A DNA stretch of 64,000 nt, from contig CAVSTP010000004.1 of NCBI GenBank assembly GCA_963730935.1, positions 960,001 to 1,024,000 on the forward strand, in the 5' to 3' direction. This stretch comes from an uncultured Nitrospiraceae bacterium (GTDB lineage: Bacteria; Nitrospirota; Nitrospiria; Nitrospirales; Nitrospiraceae). The stretch's first letter is position 1; the number at the start of each line of letters is the position of its first letter. Made by a program: the position numbers and the translations under genes. Shown here one piece after another: positions 59,885 to 64,000 of this stretch. The notes beneath the pieces were generated by a model. That model was not told where the DNA came from and did not search any database. It saw only the letters and a list, made by a program, of their open reading frames with translations.

Positions 59885-61270
59885 CTAAGGAGTCGTCGGG
59901 GGGCGGGGTGTTTGGTCGGCGCGCGACTGGGCCACAGCTTCATGGGCACGGCTATGGGTCCCGCCAAGTTCTAGATACCGCTCGAAGGCCTCGACGGCTT
60001 TCTTCTGGTCCTTCAGACCATCGGCATAGAGCACGCCAAGCGTAAAATACACATCGACGTAATTCGGATTGGCCACTAACGCCGCACGCAGCGCCTTTTC
60101 GGCCTCGGCATACTGCCCGCGTTTTTCGTAAATCAATCCAAGCGTGTAGTGCGAATCAGGATTGTTCGGGGCATATTGCACTGCCAATTTCCCCGCGGCC
60201 AGCGCCTCGTCGATGTTCGGCAACACTTCAAGCCGCACATAGCTCTTCAAGACATAGGCATCGCCGAATGTCGGGTCGTATTCCAGCGCCTTGTTCAGAC
60301 GCTCCAATGCTTCGTCCTGCGATTTTCCGCTTTGCAGCATCGCAAATGCCTGTTCGTACTGCATTCTCGCAGCCGCTTGGCGCTCGGCCGGTGACTGCGG
60401 TTCGCCTCCAAGGCGGAAGGCGGCTTTTCGTCCTTCGATCATGATCGTATCGCCGTCGCCTTCGAGCTGCGTGAACACCGGATGCTGGGCGTTCTTGGTT
60501 TGGTCCGCCACCTGCAGGTTCACGTATCGTCCCAACTCGGACGCCATCAGCCAGCCGTTCTTGTCGAGGTCGGCCTCGCCGGAGAGGGCTTTGACCAATG
60601 CCTGAACAAACAGGCTGCGGTCTTGGACTCGCACCGCGCTTTCGCCCTTGTCGGCCGCGGTCAAGACCTGCACGGCGCGCTTTTCCGTATCCTCTTCCGG
60701 CGCACTTCGGCCTTCGAGCGAGAGCGCTTGCGTTGAGCTGATTTCCCAGCCGCGCACCGCCGAGTCGAACAAAAACAAAGTGTGTTTGGACGCGCTCCGG
60801 TGACTGAACTCTTTGAGCTGCTCGAACGTCACCGCTTTCGACACGTTCCCAGGTTGGGCATCCCATGGAACGAGGTACCCAAGGTCTTTACCTGAGACGG
60901 TTTGCGTGATGCCGGCGTGCCCGACGAAATAGATCACCAGACGGTCCTGTCGGCCGACCTTGCGCGGCAGAAAATCGACGAGCGTTTGTTGCAATCGCCG
61001 GAAGCTGGCCTCTTTATCGTAGAGTTCGAGGACTTCTTCGAATCCCAACTTGTGTAGGACCTGGGCCACGGCCTTCGCGTCTTCAATGGCGCCTGGGATT
61101 TTCGGCGCAAGCAGATAATTTTCGATCCCAATGACCACGCCCCACGATTTGTAATACAGCCCCTCCGGCTTTCCAAGCTGGGCCTGGGCCGGCGTGAACC
61201 CGAAACCAATGCTGATGAGGATCGCGAGCAGGCGTGATCGGAGCGACGCACGTGAGGACGGAAGGTTCAT
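59885..61270 (-). CDS. Exported caspase-like (peptidase C14) + TPR protein lacking the catalytic Cys
   Basis: GVVIGIENY, DAKAV, YFVGHAG, LFDSA; C-terminal TPRs. Confidence 0.8.
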   Translation of the reverse strand: MNLPSSRASLRSRLLAILISIGFGFTPAQAQLGKPEGLYYKSWGVVIGIENYLLAPKIPGAIEDAKAVAQVLHKLGFEEVLELYDKEASFRRLQQTLVDFLPRKVGRQDRLVIYFVGHAGITQTVSGKDLGYLVPWDAQPGNVSKAVTFEQLKEFSHRSASKHTLFLFDSAVRGWEISSTQALSLEGRSAPEEDTEKRAVQVLTAADKGESAVRVQDRSLFVQALVKALSGEADLDKNGWLMASELGRYVNLQVADQTKNAQHPVFTQLEGDGDTIMIEGRKAAFRLGGEPQSPAERQAAARMQYEQAFAMLQSGKSQDEALERLNKALEYDPTFGDAYVLKSYVRLEVLPNIDEALAAGKLAVQYAPNNPDSHYTLGLIYEKRGQYAEAEKALRAALVANPNYVDVYFTLGVLYADGLKDQKKAVEAFERYLELGGTHSRAHEAVAQSRADQTPRPPTTP

Positions 61271-61443
61271 GTTGGACGATGGCTTGGGCACTCTGTCAAT
61301 TCAGCCTACTCTGGCCCAGAACAGCTGTCAACCACGCGCCTTAGGGAATTGCATCGGCGGCCGTACCATTGTATGGTTGAGCCGCTGCAGTCACTCACCT
61401 CATACCGGGATGTGAAAGATTCGCTCTTGGAGCCCGATGTGAC

Positions 61444-63333
61444 ATGACGGAGAATATCGAAACCCTCCTGAAAGAAAGCCGTCTCTATCGGCCCTCGGCG
61501 CAGACGATGGCCGATGCCTACATCAAGAACTACGAAACCGAATACAAGAAATCGATCGCCGATCCCGAAGGGTTTTGGAGCGGGATGGCGAACGAATTGC
61601 ATTGGTTTTCTCCGTGGAACAAAGTCCTGGAATGGAATTACCCCTGGGCGAAATGGTTCGTCGGCGCGACCTGCAATATTGCTTACAATTGTCTCGACCG
61701 GCACGTCGCCTCCCCGCGCAAGAATAAAGCGGCGCTCATTTGGGTGGGTGAAAACGATCAGGAGCGGGTCTTCACATATGCGGAGCTCTACCGCCAGGTC
61801 AATCGCTGCGCCAACGCACTGAAGAAGCTTGGCCTCAACGCGGGCGACCGCGTGACGATCTACCTGCCCAAAATTCCCGAACAGGTCATCGCCATGCTGG
61901 CCTGTGCTCGCATCGGCGTGATTCACAGCGTCGTGTATTCCGGCTTCAGTGCTCCAGCCTTGGCCAGCCGCATCAATGACGCCGAATCCAGACTGGTCAT
62001 TACCGCCGATGTGGGATTCGACCGCAGCAAGATCATCAGTCTGAAGCCGATCGTCGACGAAGCGCTGAAGCAGTGCCCGACCGTGGAGCATGTGGTGGTG
62101 GTCAGGCGGCAGGCATCAAGTCCGCCGCCGGTGCCGCCGAAAGACATCGACTGGACGGAGTGGGTGAGAAACGAGAAGGCTGCCTGTGCTGCGGAACCCC
62201 TCGATTCAGAAACCCCACTATTTATCCTCTATACGTCGGGCACTACCGGCAAACCCAAAGGCGTCGTGCACGTGCACGGCGGCTACATGGTCGGCACCTA
62301 CACCACGACCAAGTATGTGTTCGATCTCAAGGACGAGGACGTCTATTTCTGCGTCGCCGACCCGGGCTGGGTGACCGGCCACAGCTATATTGTCTATGGT
62401 CCGCTGCTCAACGGCGCGACCATTCTTACCGCCGAAGGCAAGCCGGACTATCCGAACCCGGGCCGTTGGTGGGATTTGATCGAACGCTATGGAGTCTCCA
62501 TTTTTTATACGACACCTACGGCGATCCGCCTGTTGATGCGCCATGGCGAAGAGTGGCCGAAAAAATACGACTTGTCGAGCTTGCGCATTCTGGGCAGCGT
62601 CGGAGAACCGATCAATCCAGAAGCCTGGGAATGGTTCCACCGCGCCGCAGGTGGCGACAAACCCATTATGGACACGTGGTGGCAAACGGAGACCGGCGCC
62701 ATCCTGATTACGCCATTGCCCAGCGTACCGTTGAAACCGGGCTCCGCCACGAGACCGTTCCTGGGCATCGAAGCCGATGTGGTCGACCGACAGGGCAATC
62801 CCCTTCCGACCAATCAAGGCGGTTTCGCGGTGATCAAGAAGCCTTGGCCGTCCATGATGCGGACCATTTACAAAGATCCCGATCGTTACAAGACCTACTG
62901 GAACACGATTCCGAACTGTTACACGGCAGGCGACGTATGCCACAAGGATGCCGACGGGTACATGTGGTTCATGGGCCGTGCAGACGACGTCATCAAAGTC
63001 GCTGGCAATCGACTCGGCACGGCTGAAGTAGAGAGCGCACTGGTCAGCCATCAGTCCGTGGCCGAAGCCGCCGTCATCGGAAAACCGCATAAGACCGTTG
63101 GAGAAACGATCAAGGCGTTCATCATCCTCAAACAGGGAGAAGCCGCAAGTCCCGACTTGATTCAATCGATCAAGGACCAGGTTCTACACGAATTGGGGAA
63201 AATCGCGGTCCCCTCGGAAGTCGACATCGTGACCTCTTTGCCCAAGACGCGATCCGGCAAAATTATGCGTCGGGTGCTCAAGGCCAAGGAGCTGGGACAG
63301 GACCCCGGAGACATCTCGACGATCGAAGAGTGA
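61444..63333 (+). CDS. acs: Acetyl-CoA synthetase
   Basis: YTSGTTGKPKG, GEPINP, DTWWQTETG, PKTRSGKIMRR. Confidence 0.97.
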   Translation: MTENIETLLKESRLYRPSAQTMADAYIKNYETEYKKSIADPEGFWSGMANELHWFSPWNKVLEWNYPWAKWFVGATCNIAYNCLDRHVASPRKNKAALIWVGENDQERVFTYAELYRQVNRCANALKKLGLNAGDRVTIYLPKIPEQVIAMLACARIGVIHSVVYSGFSAPALASRINDAESRLVITADVGFDRSKIISLKPIVDEALKQCPTVEHVVVVRRQASSPPPVPPKDIDWTEWVRNEKAACAAEPLDSETPLFILYTSGTTGKPKGVVHVHGGYMVGTYTTTKYVFDLKDEDVYFCVADPGWVTGHSYIVYGPLLNGATILTAEGKPDYPNPGRWWDLIERYGVSIFYTTPTAIRLLMRHGEEWPKKYDLSSLRILGSVGEPINPEAWEWFHRAAGGDKPIMDTWWQTETGAILITPLPSVPLKPGSATRPFLGIEADVVDRQGNPLPTNQGGFAVIKKPWPSMMRTIYKDPDRYKTYWNTIPNCYTAGDVCHKDADGYMWFMGRADDVIKVAGNRLGTAEVESALVSHQSVAEAAVIGKPHKTVGETIKAFIILKQGEAASPDLIQSIKDQVLHELGKIAVPSEVDIVTSLPKTRSGKIMRRVLKAKELGQDPGDISTIEE

Positions 63334-63383
63334 GCACCTCACATCTGATGCAGCGCTGGGTTCTGCTGCGAAGGGAGACGGGC

Positions 63384-63854
63384 ATGGCAACGCGAACGGG
63401 CCGCACGATGGTGATGGGAATTGGTCTTATCTCCCTCATCCTCATCACTGGTCAGACAGGAAATGCTTTTGCCGCCGACCAAGCGAAACCGGCGAAAAAA
63501 CCCAAAGCATCTCCCGAAGCCAAGGCTCCCAAAGCGAAGGCGGACAAGCCGACGTTTCAAACGGCCGAAAAAGCAGGTAAGGCCAACGCCTGTTTCGGCG
63601 AAGCGCCGCAGATCGTCAAACTGACCCCGGATGAGGGCAAAGTCGGGGATGCCGTCACCATTACAGGCACGAAGTTCGGCTCGGCTGATTGTCTACGAGG
63701 CGTGTCTTTCGGACCCGGCCATGCGGCGACCTTCAAGATGAAAAACGAAACCACGATTACCGCCACCGTGCCGCAAGGCGGACGCAAAGGACTGGCGATC
63801 GTGACCGTGACCACGGCATCAGGCACGGCTTCCAAGCCGTTCCTGATCAAGTAA
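63384..63854 (+). CDS. Exported IPT/TIG domain protein
   Basis: Signal peptide; PQIVKLTPDEG..VTITGTKFG..ITATVP. Confidence 0.8.
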   Translation: MATRTGRTMVMGIGLISLILITGQTGNAFAADQAKPAKKPKASPEAKAPKAKADKPTFQTAEKAGKANACFGEAPQIVKLTPDEGKVGDAVTITGTKFGSADCLRGVSFGPGHAATFKMKNETTITATVPQGGRKGLAIVTVTTASGTASKPFLIK

Positions 63855-64000
63855 CCGACGGCCCTCAGCGCTGAGCTACGAAGGCTGATGCCGATCGTGC
63901 CAAACACTTCACATGAGAAAACCGGGTGAGCCAATCTATCTGAGACGGCACATGGTCGCTCTGGCCATGGCGGTTATTTTGCCCATCATTGCGTTACAGC

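Overview
Bacterial chromosome segment, probably Nitrospira-like (inferred from gene content, not searched). Housekeeping blocks flank a ~40 kb accessory region. Left block (1-5551): HEAT-repeat protein, HD-GYP protein, skp, rhodanese, radical SAM, serS. Right block (~46000-64000): TrmH, RlmI-like methylase, ThDP decarboxylase, MPGP, proC, vapBC, lpoB/LPP20 cluster, caspase-TPR, acs. The accessory region (~5600-45900) is built around tRNA-Ser(TGA), tRNA-Ser(GCT) and tRNA-Phe(GAA). Two integrated islands are delimited by duplicated tRNA 3' ends (8016-19283 and 22875-43593), and both integrase genes seen are pseudogenes. The islands also hold foreign tRNA halves (Thr-CGT, Arg-TCG, probably Glu). 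Six related tRNA-Thr-type att sites split the cargo into cassettes. Cargo is mostly signalling: about 12 receiver-domain genes or relics, two sensor-less HisKA_3 kinases, three PilZ proteins, REC-MEDS and a REC-sigma-cupin chimera, plus small repeated proteins. Strongest novel candidates: (1) a four-copy multi-stem leader motif, each time just downstream of a sigma70-type promoter and upstream of a receiver gene, pairing with the RBS in two copies; (2) the tRNA-Thr att-delimited cassette array with no integrase of its own; (3) a duplicated long hairpin leader, resembling an ssDNA promoter, in front of a small putative ssDNA-binding protein; (4) a three-copy 95-aa orphan gene with a conserved palindromic upstream region. 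All alignments and folds were done by eye.
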